Positions 34,339 through 47,885 of a stretch of DNA of 64,000 nt are shown one piece after another (the stretch's first letter is position 1; each line of letters begins with the position of its first letter). The notes beneath the pieces are model-generated. The model had not been told where the DNA came from. It did not search any database and saw only the letters and a list, made by a program, of their open reading frames with translations. The translations under genes and the position numbers were made by a program. Source of the DNA: the human T2T-CHM13v2.0 reference genome, Homo sapiens; assembly GCF_009914755.1 (NCBI RefSeq), contig NC_060926.1; one strand, 5' to 3'.

Positions 34339-34479
34339 AGTTAACCTGGTAAAAGGCCAGAGGTCTCCTTGGGGAAGGCTGGAAGAAAGTTAACAGCATA
34401 AATTGTCGGTAGTAGAGTGTGATCCTTCCTCAAGGGGACCTGGCCTCCCTTTCATTCAAGGGGTTCTGAGTCTACAAAC

Positions 34480-36175
34480 TGTCTCAAGTCTGGAAATTGA
34501 TTGAGGGACCATGATTCTCTGTTTTATAACTCAAATTGGTCTTTTGTCTATGTGACCTGGAAGTTTTCTGCTTATATAAGTTAAGCAGGAATGCAATAGG
34601 CTTCCTATCAGTTTCACTTCTAGGAACACTGCGATTAATTAGCCAATGCCAGAGCTCTACATAAGTCAGACTATTTTGATCACTGCTTTGCCTCTGGTGT
34701 CCATTACAGTAGCTATGCCCACCTTGCCTTTGACAGTTGAGTGCCACCACTTGACCGCTACCACCTTGGGATCCAATTATTCCCACTGTATTTAAATTTT
34801 ATAGTTGAATGACTGTGGTTCCCACTGTTAGATCTGACATACAGTGAAGAGCAATTACAGAGCTCTTCAAAAATGCAGGTGCTGCCCTTACAAATCTATT
34901 TCACCAAACACTGGTCAGAGTATATCTTCTGGACCCTCCCAGCTGGGATAAGTAGGTCTAAAGTGACTAAGCCACTCCACCATCCCAATCTCCCTGAGCC
35001 TTTGGATTCCTTCATCTACATTAAACCAAGGGAGATCAGGTATTTCCAGCTTGCTCACAGTGGGCTATCTTTTAAGCCGTATTTCAGCTAACCAAGCAAA
35101 TTAGAACCTTTTTTTAACTCCTCAAGCTGCAACATTAAATGCAGAGTCCCTATTTAGTGGGCCCAAATCAATAAATTCAGCCTGATTCAACTTTATGTTC
35201 CTTCCACTATTATCCCACACCCTTAATATCCATTCCTATGCCTGTTCTCCAGATTTCTGCTTATATGAATTAGAAAACTCAAGCAGTTATTTTCAAGTGT
35301 AGCACACCTCCTCCTGGGTCACACTGTGAACCTCACCTCTAAGGGTCTGCCAGGACTTCAGTCTAGTCATAGGTCTAGAAGCAAACAGGGGTACTGGTGG
35401 TGTCTCCTGAGGAGAATCAACATTAACTTGCCTGGCAACTGCCTCAGGGGAGGCCATCACTGTTGCCTCAGGCAGTGCAGGGTTTATCTCCTCAGACAAA
35501 GGTGGAAAGGCTGATGGCAGCGTAGGTCAGGGGTAGGTCAGGGAGGGGATATTACCACTACTGGGGATGGGGAAGCTGTTTCTTCTGGCAAAAAAAGGTT
35601 CATCAGAATTTACAAACTCAGTGTCCCAGCTTCATCAGGGTCCTCCCACACGTCCCCATTCCAAGTTGCAGGGTCCCATTCTTTTCCAATCAATACCATC
35701 ACTTTAACAGTAGACACCTGGCGAGGCTGTGCATGCTTCTTTCGTTGCAGGTCAACCACTCACATGATGAGAACTTGTGTCTGTTTTTCCACAATTTCAG
35801 CTCTTTCTCTACAGGAGATAAGACTCTCACTCAGGGAAATCTTAGCAGATTTGAGGCTCAGGATCTGCTTCTGAAGCCAGGAGTTACAATCCCTGAATTC
35901 ATCATTTTCTTTTATCACTTTGTCCAGTGAACTTAGGAGCAACCAACCAACTTCATTATGTTTCTGGGTTCTCCAACTTGGCCAAAGTTATTGTGCATGG
36001 AGTCACTAAACTCTTTGCCTCTCATGAGCAGTGAATCAGGAGTGTCAAATGCATTTATTTTGCATAACTCTCTCAACAGTTCATGTCAAGGACTATCAGT
36101 GCCTCCATACTATTAGAAGTAGAATCCTTAAGATTTTGGGGTCTAGTCATATTAAGCAGCCAACTCCAGAAAGCC
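34480..36175 (-). pseudogene. HERV-L gag remnant
   Basis: Fragments 'LLSSLDKVIKENDE', 'EEINPALPEATVMASPEAVARQ', 'QVVALNCQRQGG'. Confidence 0.85.
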
Positions 36176-36219
36176 CAAAACCAATGAAAGAATTCCATCC
36201 TTAATATTCTGTTCCTCTG

Positions 36220-36237
36220 GAACCACTCCTGGTACCA
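36220..36237 (-). promoter_or_regulatory. HERV-L primer-binding site (tRNA-Leu)
   Basis: TGGTACCAGGAGTGG on - strand just inside the 5' LTR, complementary to the tRNA-Leu 3' end ...CCACTCCTGGTACCA. Confidence 0.85.
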
Positions 36238-36994
36238 AAATCTGTATTAGTCAGGGTTCTCTAGAGGGACACAACTAATAGGATATATATATATATATAT
36301 ATATATCAGTTTACATATGGGATATATATATATATATATATGGGAGTTTATTAAGTAGTATTAATTCACACAATCACAAGGTCTTACAATAGGCCATCTG
36401 CAAGCTGCGGACAAGGAAGCCAGCCCAAGTCCCAAAGCTGAAAAACTTGGTGTTTGATGTTCAAGGGCAGGAAGCATCCAGCAAAGGAGAAAGATGTAGG
36501 CTCAGAGGCTAAGCCAGTCTAGCATTTTCACGTTTTTCTGCCTGCTTTATATTCTAGACATGCTGGCAGTTGATTAAATGGTGCCCACCCAAATTAAGGG
36601 TGGGTCTGCCTTTCCCAGCTCACTGACTCAAATGTTAATCTCCTTTGGCAACACCCTCACAGACACACCCAGGATCAATACTTTGCATCCTTCAATCCAA
36701 TCAAGTTGACACTCAGCATTAACCATCATAGGTGGTATAGCCAAAATCCCCAGTGGAAGACAGAGACTTAGATGAGAATTCCTTATTCATAAAATAAGGC
36801 TTCAAAAAGTTGCTTTAAATTACTGCCTGAACCTATGCCTTACAAGAGACTGTTGGCTTAGGATGAGGATTGCCTAGTGACTACTGGTAAGTCAAGCCAC
36901 TCACTGGTTGTGTGACTGATTTGCAATATCCCCAATGTTATAATAGAAAAGTAGCTCTAGGCTGCTAATATCAATCTCCTTCTTTTGGGCTTAA

Positions 36995-37393
<399 letters not shown>

Positions 37394-37419
37394 CTACAGC
37401 AGCAAAGGCAGGTTGTGGG

Positions 37420-37595
37420 GAGCCTGCTGCCACATTGTGAGAAGCCATGTGCAAAGGTTGGCATGCTGAGGAGCTAAGACCTCCTGACAACAGGAATGTG
37501 AGGGAGCCTTTTTAGAAGCAGACAGGCCAACTTCAGCAAAGCTTTAAAGACTGCAGCCTTGCCACCAGATTCCTGACCCTCAGAAACTGTGAACA
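37420..37595 (+). mobile_element. MLT1F-like LTR fragment
   Basis: 'gctgccacattgtgagaagcc...gattcctgaccctcagaaactgtga'. Confidence 0.6.
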
Positions 37596-38229
37596 AAACT
37601 CTAACAGTCTTTCCAGCTGTGGCAGGACATCTTCTTCTGGTAAAAATATTTCCTCAGGGTTGTAAACACTCACAAGTGAAATATGTTTGTCACTTAGTGA
37701 AAGGACCAGAGGAGGAACTGCCAGGGAACAGGCGGGAAAGTGAGGTCCTGAGAGAGATGGGTGTGAACTCTGGGACAGAAGATGCTACCAGAATCTCCCC
37801 AGTTCCAGAGTCAGATCATTCTCCCAGACACAGAGTAATGGCTAAATTATAAATACCCACCCATACTTAAAAGTCTTCACTGGCCCAGATAAATGAGCTT
37901 GACCTTCAGTATTCTGGGTGACCCACCTCAGGGCCCTCTTTGAGCCTCACCTCAGGTCACACTCTTGCCCTCATGCTTACTCTAAATATTTATAAATCTA
38001 GCCCAAAGGACTCTGGGCCCAAAACAAGGTCAAGAACCATAGTCACCTCAAACACAAATGTTTATGGAGCCACCTTCAGAAGAATGGCCATGCACATCAG
38101 ACATTTCTTCTCATTAACTGTGAGTTTTTCCTCCTTGTCTGCCTCGCACAGGGGCTTCCACTTCAGAAAAACATACATATTTCAACTACTCCTCATATCC
38201 ATGTCTCAGTTGCAAGCTCTGTGATAAAA

Positions 38230-38284
38230 ACACACACACACACACAAAACAAAACAAAACAAAACAAAACAAAACAAAACAAAC
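38230..38284. repeat. (CA)n followed by (CAAAA)n microsatellite
   Basis: Seen directly in the sequence. Confidence 0.9.
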
Positions 38285-38424
38285 CTGAGCAAGTTACTCT
38301 GCCTCTCTGAGTTGCAAAGTTTCATCTGCAAAATGAGAACTTATTTTAAATAGAGGAATATTCTTTTTCTCTCTTCTATCTGCTTGATAGTCACTAACAT
38401 TTAAATGCAACTGTCTTTGCAAGC

Positions 38425-38620
38425 TAATTTATTGACAGCAGTGTGCCACATAGCACTCTCCTTTCACCTCATGACATCTCTCCGAGGTAGCTTCATTATC
38501 ACCATTTTAAGGATGGAGAAACTGAGCCTAAAAGAGGTTAAGTACTTAGCCCCAAATAATACAGCAACTAAATGACAGAGGTGGTATTTGAATCCACAAC
38601 TCTCTAACCCCAAGCTTTTA
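38425..38620 (-). mobile_element. MIR
   Basis: 'attatcaccattttaaggatggagaaactgagcctaaaagaggttaagtactt'. Confidence 0.75.
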
Positions 38621-40111
38621 AGCTGAGACTCTTTTCTACAAGCTTAGTGGCCAAGATCATTCCAGCCATGACTTCAGCCCACTTGCTCTCCACTGCACTT
38701 CCAATTACAAAACAAAGCATAGAGCAGAAATAACAAAGTTAAACTTCGGATATTGATGTAAATTGGTTCACTCTGATGACCATAACAGCTACCATTTTTA
38801 GAGCCATGTGCTGGCCCTATGTTGAAAACTTTGCTAACTTTATCTTACTCCATCCCAGCCATAACCTGTGGAGGAAGGTACCACTAGACTCTTCACAGTA
38901 AAAAGAAACTTAGACTCTTTGAAATGAACTAGGAATACAGGTTTCTGTTGAATTAGAGCTAAAGCTTTAAACAGCACCAAAGCAAGCAGGTAACCAAGAT
39001 CACCATGTTCTACAAAATTCTTCTTCAAGGCATTAACAATTGTTACATATTTCACAATGGCCACCTTTTCTGCCAGTGCAGTTAGTTAGACAATCTGTTA
39101 AAAGAGCAAAGAAAAACAATGAGCCCAAAGGAGCCCATTGAAGGTGAAATCTCACTCTAGCTACTCTGGCTCTGCCAGTGAGAAACCAGCTTGATGTGAA
39201 GCCTGGCCAGGCAGCTGTCCAACACCTGGCACAGCTCTGTATAGCAGTTCATGGCAAGGCAATGCCCAGCAGCCCCCCAAAGCAGGGCCATGGCATCAGG
39301 ATCCCAGATGGAGCATTGGCAGTAGTCAGTTCATATGTAGTGAGAGACAGAAGAGACATGGATGATTGTTGGAATAAAAGGAAGATAAATAAAGACAGAT
39401 AGCTTCTTCTGGCCTTCTTTCCAAAAGAATTTAAAGTGGCTTAAATTTATAAAACACAGCAAGATAATATGAAACAGAAAAAAGTGAAAAGAAGAAAGAA
39501 GAACAACGCTACCAACAGACCAGAGTCAGACATCAGAATAATGTAAAAATGCATCAATTTCTGAGCAATTTTTGCAAGGTCACAGATGTGGCTCTAAGCT
39601 TTCTGGAACAAGGCAAAGAAGAAAATCCGATTCATGCCTCAATTCATCATTTCTCAGATAAAAACAGGTGCAGTGCATGTGAATAATTTGAGCAACAAAA
39701 TTAAGTAATATTGGATTATAACCCAAACTCTAAAATAAATATCATGCTGACATAAGTGCTGATATAAATATAAATGCTTGGATAAATAAATAAATAAATA
39801 AAAAGAGACAAATCTCTCATAGAGAAGAGCTCCAAATTATTTACATAGATACTCCGCAATCCAGGAGATGGAGCACAACTCTTCACTGTGTGGAATGCAA
39901 ATAGTTACTTCCTTTCAAGTTAAAAAAGAATTTTAGAAACTTGGCAAAAACTACCACAGCCAGGAGATAAAGGTCAACATCAATGGTAATAATTATGTTG
40001 ATAATATGTACCCTTGACATGAAGTGATTAAAATGGCACTTTACCTCTGTGATCTTCCTCCCAAAACAACCCCAGTGTAATTATGAACAAAAATCAAACA
40101 ACTTCCAATTA

Positions 40112-40414
40112 AGCCAGATAGGGTGGCTCACACCTGTTATCCCAACACTTTGGGAGGCTGAGTCAGGAGAATCATGTGAGCCCAGGAGTTCAAGACCAGC
40201 CTGGACAACATAGCAAGACCCTGTCTCTACAAAACAGTAAAAAAAATTACCTGGGCACAGTGGCATGCTCTTGCAGTTCCAGCTACTTGGGAGGCTGAGG
40301 CGGAGAACTGCTTGAGCTCAGTAGTTCGAGGATGCAGTGAGCTATGACCACGCCACTGTATTCCAGCCTAGGCAACAGAGGTAAACCCTGTCTCAAAACA
40401 AAACAAAACAAAAA
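40112..40414 (+). mobile_element. AluJ, full length
   Basis: J-type 'gagcccaggagttcaagaccagcctggacaacatagcaagaccctg'; (CAAAA)n tail; TSD core TTCCAATT. Confidence 0.93.
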
Positions 40415-40504
40415 TTCCAATTGAGAGGCATTCTACAAAATAGCTAAACAGTACTCCTCAAAACTGCAATAGACATCAAAAGAGTTTGAACAACTGTCAT
40501 ACTT

Positions 40505-41308
40505 CAAAAGTTAACAAGTGTTTTCAAGGGCATGGAGAAAAGGGAACCCTGGGCACTGTTGGCCGAAATGTAAAATACAGCCATTATGGAAAATAGTTTG
40601 GAGGTTTCTCAGAAAACTAAAAATAGAATGATCATGTGATCCGTAATCCCATTTCTGGGTATATATCCAAAGGAATTAAAATCGGTATGCTGAGGAGACA
40701 TTTCCACTTCCATGTTCACTGCAGCATTATTCAAAATAGCTAAGATATAGAACCAACTAGGTGTCAATCATCAGATAAATTGATTTTTAAAATGTGGTAT
40801 ATATACACAATGGAATACTATTCAACCTTAAAAGAAGGGGGTAAATCTTTTTATTTGCAACAATGTGGATGAACCTGAGGGACATTATGCTAAGTAAAAT
40901 AAACCAGGCACAGAAAGACAAACACCACATGATCTCCCTTATATGTGAAATCTAAAAAAGTTAAACTCACAGGGGTAGAAAGTAGAATGGTGGCTGTGAG
41001 AGGCTGGGGGAAGAGGTGAATGGTGAAAGGAAAGATGTTGATCGAAGGGTTAAAAAGTTTCAGTCAGACAGGAGGAAAAAGCTATAGTGATCTACTGCAT
41101 AGAACGGTGACTATAATAAATAATGATGTATATTTCAAAATTGCTGAAAGAGTAGATTTTAAATGTTTTCACCACAAAACATAAGTATATGAGGTGATTT
41201 GTAAATTAGCCTGATTTAATTATTTCACATTGTAAACATATATTAAAACTTTGTATTGTACTCAATAAATATATGCATTATTTGTCAATTAAAAATAAAA
41301 TTAAAATG
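40505..41308 (+). mobile_element. L1MA 3' fragment
   Basis: 'atggagaaaagggaaccct...gagtagattttaaatgttttcaccac...ttgtcaattaaaaataaa'. Confidence 0.88.
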
Positions 41309-41649
41309 AGGAAATCAATTAATCTTCATAAAAAACTGTCACAGCCAAGAGGAACCTAAAGGACAGGATGACAAACTATAATGTGGTATATACTGCATGG
41401 GATTCTGGAGCAAAGTAAAGGCATTAGGTAAAAACCTAACTAGGACATTTGAATAAAGTATGGACTTCAGTTTATATGTATATATCAATGTTGTGTCATT
41501 AATTGTAACAAATGTACCATACTAATGTAAGATGTTAGTAACCCTGGAAACTGGATATGGCATATATGGGATTCTGTATCAATCTTCATATATTTTATGT
41601 AAATCTAGAACTGTTCTTAAATAACAGTTTATTGCAGGGAAAAACCCTA

Positions 41650-42215
41650 CTATGCCCCACAATTCCACTCCCAGGTGTAAACTAGGTATTTACCCAAGAA
41701 TTGAAAACAGGTACTCAAGTGCATGCACATGTTTATTCACAGAAGCACTATTTGCAGTAGCCAAAAGGTGGAAACAGCTCAGATGTCCATCATCAGATGA
41801 ATGGATAAACAAACTGTGGTCTGTACATACAATGGAATACTACCCATACATAAAAAGAAATGAAGTACTGATACATACTATAACGTTGATGAACCTCAAA
41901 AACATAATGCTAAGTGAAAGAAGCCAGACACAAAAGGTCACATTTTGTAATGCCTTTGTTTGCATGAAATATTCAGAATAGCTGTATGTATAGAGACAGA
42001 ATGCAAACTGATGATTGTCAGGGACTCAGAGGAGAGGAAACGGGGATAAAATGCTTAATGGATATGAGATTATCTTTTGGAGAGGTGGAAATGTTATATA
42101 ACTAGATGGAGGTGGTGATTATAAAACATGGTGAATGTACTAAATACCACTGGATTGCTCACGTTAAAATGGTTGATTTTGTTAGGTGAACTTCAATGAA
42201 TTTTAAAAAGAGAAA
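41650..42215 (+). mobile_element. L1MB 3' fragment
   Basis: ORF2 end 'CPSSDEWINKLWSVHTMEYY...LSERSQTQK' followed by 3'UTR. Confidence 0.85.
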
Positions 42216-42399
42216 GAGGAACAAATACTTTCTATCTCAAAAAAAAAACCTCAAAATATTCTAAAACATATGAAGAAATATTTAAGGAAAATAGAAAACA
42301 AAATCCACAATTGCAAAATAAATTATTGCAAGGAAAATAAATTCTTAGAACCTTTATCTGTGAAACAATGCATTCACAGAGATTAACACAGAAATAATC

Positions 42400-43555
42400 T
42401 CATACAAAAATAACAAATTATAAAACAAAATAAGATACAGCTGAAACAACCAAATAGATATGAAAAAGAATTAATTAAATGCTTTCAAAGTTGAAATATA
42501 GTCATTGAAATAAAAAATGCAATCAAACTTAAAAATAAACTCAGACAAAGAGACAATTAGTAGTGGGGAATTCACCCAGAACTTGGAAAGATAATGAAAA
42601 TAAAGAGCAAACAAGGAACAAGAAAAACAGATTTGAGAGTGACCTCAGGTGTGTTTAGTGAGAGGTTCAGAAAAAAAAAAAAAAAAACGGAAGGAATGGT
42701 GAAGAGGCAATGATTAAGAATATTCAAGAATTAAAAACTGAAACTCCCAGATCAAAAATTAAATTCAAATATGATGTTAAAAAATAGATGTATTATAGTG
42801 AAATTTCAGAACTTCCTGATAAAGAAAAACCTCAGAATAAGTTAAAGACTATCTACAAAGGAATGACAGTTCAGCTAAAAGCTGACTTATCCACGGCAAT
42901 TATAGCTACCAGAAGTTTGTAAAGTAATATCAGCAAAACATTTTAGAAAAATAACTGAATGCTATACACATCATTCAAAGGTAAAGGCGAAATAAAGACA
43001 TTTTCATATGCAAAAGAGTTTAATGGAGCGTATTATCTACAGACCTTCGCATACACATGTAATAAACACTGTTAAAAGAGTATGCACCTCATCCAGATCA
43101 ATGATGAGCTCAGAGGGAAAAGCCTTTTAAATAAGGGGCTGGAATAAAACAACACTAAATACAGAAAACAATTTTTTAACAATAAGCTAACAAATTGTAC
43201 CAACTACTGACTATAATATCAAATGACAGCTAATGATGGTTGTTTTTTAAAAATTGGAACTAAAATCTTGATAATAATAAAACCACAGAAACAAGTCTAA
43301 GTAAATCTATTAGTAATTCCAAAAATGTAAATGGATTAAAATACCTAAAAGAAGAGAAAAACTATTAGATTTGATTTTTAAGATACACCCAGCTATAGCC
43401 TAGTTACAAGTCTTAAATAAAACGAAGGTTGAAAATAATGGGATGATCAAAAATTATCAAGTAAAATATGAGGCAAAGGGTTTAATAAGGATAAATTATT
43501 AAAGGAACACAATAACATCAGCATAAAATAACATGAACTTGTATTTTTCTACATC
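42400..43555 (+). mobile_element. Ancient L1M ORF1/ORF2-start remnant
   Basis: 'ctacaaaggaatgacag', 'aaggcgaaataaagacattttca', 'aatgtaaatggattaaa'. Confidence 0.6.
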
Positions 43556-43564
43556 AGACAGAAT

Positions 43565-43863
43565 ATTGTAGGCTATGCTACATAATAAGTTATACTGGCT
43601 TCACAAACAAAGGCTTTATTTCTCACTCACATGAAGTCCTAGCCAAATTTTATAACTCTGCAGACGAGCAGTTTTCCATGTGGTGACTCAGAAGTCCTGG
43701 CAGTTTCAAACTTGTGGCTCAATCATCTCAACATACAGTTCCTTGGTTGCCAACTGCCAACCAGTTGGCCAGAACTTGTCACATGGCATGACCCAACTGC
43801 TAGGGAGCTGACAGATGTGATGACGCACATGCTTATTCAGTAATATTAAATGTCTCTGTCACA
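43565..43863 (-). mobile_element. Old MLT1 LTR fragment
   Basis: 'tttatttctcactcac' and 'ttggccagaacttgtcacatggc'. Confidence 0.6.
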
Positions 43864-44269
43864 GCAACTAACAAAATGTTAAAATTCATAATGTAAAACT
43901 GGACGATGATACAAAAAAAATTAACAGGAAACAATGATAATGAAAGCATTTTAATCTATTTCTAATAGAGGAGAAATCAAACAGAAATAAATGATATTAT
44001 ATGTTGCTTTTAGACATACATACATATAGCGAATTTCTGTTCTAAAAATGCACATAAATGCTAATCAACACCTTCATTACAGTGGGTTGCATCTCAGGAA
44101 GAATTAAGGAAAGCAGAATTAGAAAAGGCTATACAACAACTTTCAACATTACTTGTAATACCCTATTTCTTCATACTGGATACATGATACTATTTATACT
44201 ATTCTTTACTACTTTCTATATATTTGAAATAGTTCATATTAATTTTTAAAAGAATAACAAATGGCTGCA

Positions 44270-44776
44270 ATAGTTGTCTATGATGTAAGAAATTATCCCA
44301 AACGTCATAGCTTAAAACAATATACATTTATTATCGCACAGTTTCCGTGGGTCAGGAGTCAGGGCAAGGCTTAGTTGGATGGTCATTCTCACAAGGCTTC
44401 AAAGTGTTGGCCAGGCTGGGGTCTCATCTGAGGCTCAGGAACCTCTTCCAAAGTCACTTGATTGTTGACAGAATTTATTTCTTTGCACCTGTTGAATTCA
44501 TGGTGACTTGCTTTTTCTTTTTTTTTTTTTTTGATTTTATTATTATTATACTGAAGGGTGACTTGCTTTTTCAAGGTCAGCAGGGGAATCTCTGACTTTA
44601 GTCAGCTAAATTGTGTATAAAGTAACAATCATTATCTTTGCCATATATTGTAGCCTAATCAAAAGAGTGACTATATCATATTCAAAAGTCCTTCTCACAC
44701 TCAAGGGGAGATTATTCAGAGCATGTGTACCAGGAAGCAGGAATCTTAGGAGCCATCTAAAATTCTACCTACTATA
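44270..44776 (-). mobile_element. MLT1D/E-like LTR
   Basis: 'gcttaaaacaa..catttattatc.cacagtttc.gtgggtcaggagtc' and end 'aattctacctacta'. Confidence 0.75.
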
Positions 44777-44861
44777 GTCCCTTAGGAGTCTCATAATCTA
44801 GTGGAAGACATAGACATAAGCACAAAGGTTTAAAGCAATGTGAGATAAGCTATATTAGATA

Positions 44862-45342
44862 TGTGTCTTCTTTTGGGTCCCCCAAAAGCTGACCTAGATA
44901 GAAGACCTTAGGTGCAGTTTATTTGATGTGATTCCAGGAAGTATATGTGAGATGGGGAATGGAGAAAGGCCAATATAAACAGTACGTTAACGAGCAGAGT
45001 ACTGTGGGCACTGGGGCTAAATCCCACTGTGAACCCTCTGAGAACCATATGAAACATGCTTCATATTTATCTCACTGGTAGATGGAAAGCCTCAAGCATC
45101 TTATCCACTGACTCCGGTCCCCTGTTGGCTGAGGCTCTCTCTCACTCTTCTAGGTTGTCACTGTGCATGGTAAGTTTCTATGGTGCCAGATAAATCCTTC
45201 ATACAGTGAGGCACAGAGGCACAGAGGCACAGATGCTTAAAGTGGGAATTGATCAGCATGCCAGAAACTCTACCCCACATGCAGGGATCTCAAAGCTGGA
45301 CATGTAACAATATGGGGTGGGACATTAAGAACATCTGTCACA
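44862..45342 (-). mobile_element. ERVL solo LTR (LTR16/LTR33-like)
   Basis: 'tgggtccccaaaagctgacc...gtgcagtttatttga.gtgattccaggaa'. Confidence 0.55.
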
Positions 45343-45346
45343 ATGT

Positions 45347-45705
45347 GTGTATTAGGTAAATTAAGACTTGCTGCTATAACAGATAAACATACAAATCCCA
45401 GTGGCTTAATATGATGACATTTTATTTCTCACATACAATTCAATCAGTAGGACAGTGAAGCTTTGGCAGGGTGAAAGAGTGACTGATGTCTTCCTTGCAA
45501 ACGTTCAGGAACACTGCTACCTGCATCTTCAATACATGGCCCCTAAAGATTCCTTGTCTGTATAAGCAAACAACTAACAGACAGGAGAAGAGAGAGAAGT
45601 AGATTGTGTGGAAGAAAAGTGTGAGATGGCATGGCTTCACCAAAGCACAAGGGAGCTTGAGTAACGTAGTCTAGTTGTATGCCCTTTCAAAAAAGAAATA
45701 GATCA
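45347..45705 (-). mobile_element. Old MLT1 LTR
   Basis: 'tgtattagg...gctgctataaca...aatcccagtggcttaa...tttatttctc'. Confidence 0.65.
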
Positions 45706-45825
45706 GTTGAACAGGGTAGCATGCTACCCTGTTCAACAGGGTGTGAGAGGCAATTAAGTTAGCCTGGAATGCTCAGGAAAGGCTGTAAAGCATAGGTGAC
45801 CTTTAGGTTAAATCTTGAAGAAAGA

Positions 45826-46317
45826 TGTGGTGATTAATTTTATGTATCAACTTGGCTGGGTCATGGGGTATCCATATATTTGGTTAAACATTATTCTGGG
45901 TTTGTCTGTGAGAGTGATTCTGAATGAGATTAACGTTTGAATCAGTAAACTAAATAAAGCAGATGGCCCTTCCCAATGTGGGAGGGCCTTATCCAGCCCA
46001 CTGAAGGCCTGAGTACAACAAAGAGGCAGAGTAAGAAAGAATTTACTCTTTACCCAACTATCTTTGAGTTGAGACATCAGTCTTCTCCCTTGACACTTGA
46101 CTTAGACAGAAACTTACACTCCATCAGCCCTCCTGGGTCTCAAGTCTTCAGACTCAGACTATATCTATCATTTGCAACTTGTTGACTGCAGATCCTAGAA
46201 CTTCTCAGCCTCCAAAACCATGTGAGCCAATTCCTTATAGTAAATCTATATATCTATATCTATCAATATACATAAATCCTACTGATTTTGTTTCTCTGGA
46301 GAACCCAGATTAATACA
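45826..46317 (+). mobile_element. MLT2B/D solo LTR
   Basis: 'tgtggtgattaattttatgtatcaacttggctggg' to 'tgtttctctggagaacccagattaataca'. Confidence 0.88.
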
Positions 46318-47704
46318 GAAGGTTAAAAATGTGTCATAGAATTAACAAGGAATAAAAGCATTTCAGTCAGAGCAAAAAACAATATGGACAGAAGAACAGC
46401 TTAGAAGAACACAGGCAAGTTCAGAGAACTGAAGTAGATTTGTTTTGACAGGACCCATAGCAGGTGTGGTTATATGGAAGAAGAATCTGGAAATGTGGGC
46501 AGGAACCTGACAATAAGACTCCTCATTTTACACTGTGAAGGAAATAAAAGGCTAGAGAATTTAAAACAAAAGTATAAAGCATTTTATGATACTACTTTAG
46601 CAACCTCAAGAAAGATGCTGTATAAGAGCAAGCAAAAGGATTTTCTGCTAAATATTGTTAAGTATCACCTGTCTTGAGCTCTAGGACATTTAACGAGGAA
46701 AGATGATGCATTCAGTCAAAAGTGCCTGAGCTTGAAGTCAGGCAAGCTTGAGTTTAATGGTACCTGGCAAGTTTGCTATGAGAATCAAAGGGTTTGCATG
46801 TAAAGCTTTTAGCACAATGTATGACAAAGAGCATGCGCTCAAAGAAAAAAAATTAGTTCCTTTCTTCTCTAAGCAACAAAATAAATAGCATGAGTTTATC
46901 TGAGAACCAGAGAAAAAAATTTGAATTAGTAGAAACTCTGACTTTTGGACACTGCTTGATATTGCTAATACTGTTTGTGAATAATTATGCCCTGTAAAAG
47001 GAATAACCAAAAAACTTTGAATGTGTAGACGAGATATGCAGACTCAGTAATCCCAGCCCAAGTGCTTACTGGTATATACCAGCTGGGTGTCAGAAATGTG
47101 CAACAGACTATCTAAAGAAGGGTAATAATACTGAGCCCTAACATTAGTATTGAGAAACATTGACAATTCATAATAGTCAAAGTAAAACACAGCAAGGAAA
47201 TGCTGTCACATTGAAATTATTTAACTCTACATTAACCAGCTGCCTAAATATATTTCTTATGTTCTATTAACTTTTTAATGAAATGTTTGTCTCTTAATAA
47301 GTTTGCATTTCATAATTAGATATATAATATTCATGCCTTGTGATTTCCCACAGAGAATTTTCAATTTATTAATTACGATTTATAAAAACCAATGTATTCT
47401 GTGTGTTTAGTTTCTAAATATATGTTTAAAAATGTATTTAAGGCATGAACAAACTTCCATACAGTGAAAATCTGTAGGAGAAGATAAACTTTATTTGATA
47501 ATTCACAACCCAAATGAATAAAGGCTATTTGTTAAAAAAAAAAAAAAAGAAAAGCTAACACAAACATTTACAATGAATAGCGTCTTTTTTGTATAAATCA
47601 CTTTTGTGTTACTAGTATGCCACATCCTTGTTTACTTTTACTCTGCTTACGAAATATTAGATAATATAGTTTCTTTAAAAGCTTCCAATCCCTGGAGCAG
47701 TGGA

Positions 47705-47885
47705 GCCCTGGTTCTCAACCTTGGCTGCACCTTTGGAATCATTAGGGGACCTTTTTAAAAATACTCATTACCTAAGTTTCACCTCAGATCCATTGTAAAA
47801 ATTAAAAAAAAAATTGAGAGTGGAACCTAAGCACAAGAATTACTTTTAAAATCTCCAGAGATTGTAGAGAAATGTGCAGCTTGCA
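47705..47885. mobile_element. MER5-type hAT MITE (a second remnant at ~48010-48180)
   Basis: 'tggttctcaaccttggctgcac..tggaatca'. Confidence 0.65.

Larger units (their letters stand above)
30845..36730 (-). mobile_element. HERV-L provirus with MLT2A LTRs (3' LTR 30845-31293, 5' LTR 36243-36730), internally deleted
   Basis: Paired LTRs, TSD GGTAG/GGTGG, Leu PBS, PPT (aaggggtggact on -), gag-pro-pol-dUTPase order, no env. Confidence 0.96.
39675..41640 (+). mobile_element. L1MC/MD-type 3'UTR, interrupted by AluJ and L1MA
   Basis: 'aaggtcaacatcaa...aaaatggcactttacctctgtgatcttcctcccaaaac'; resumes at 'aactgtcacagccaagaggaacctaa'. Confidence 0.75.

Noticed and set aside
41308-41342. Possible transduction after the L1MA tail, with AACTGTCA as TSD
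   Set aside because: The match is short and the element old; it cannot be distinguished from decay
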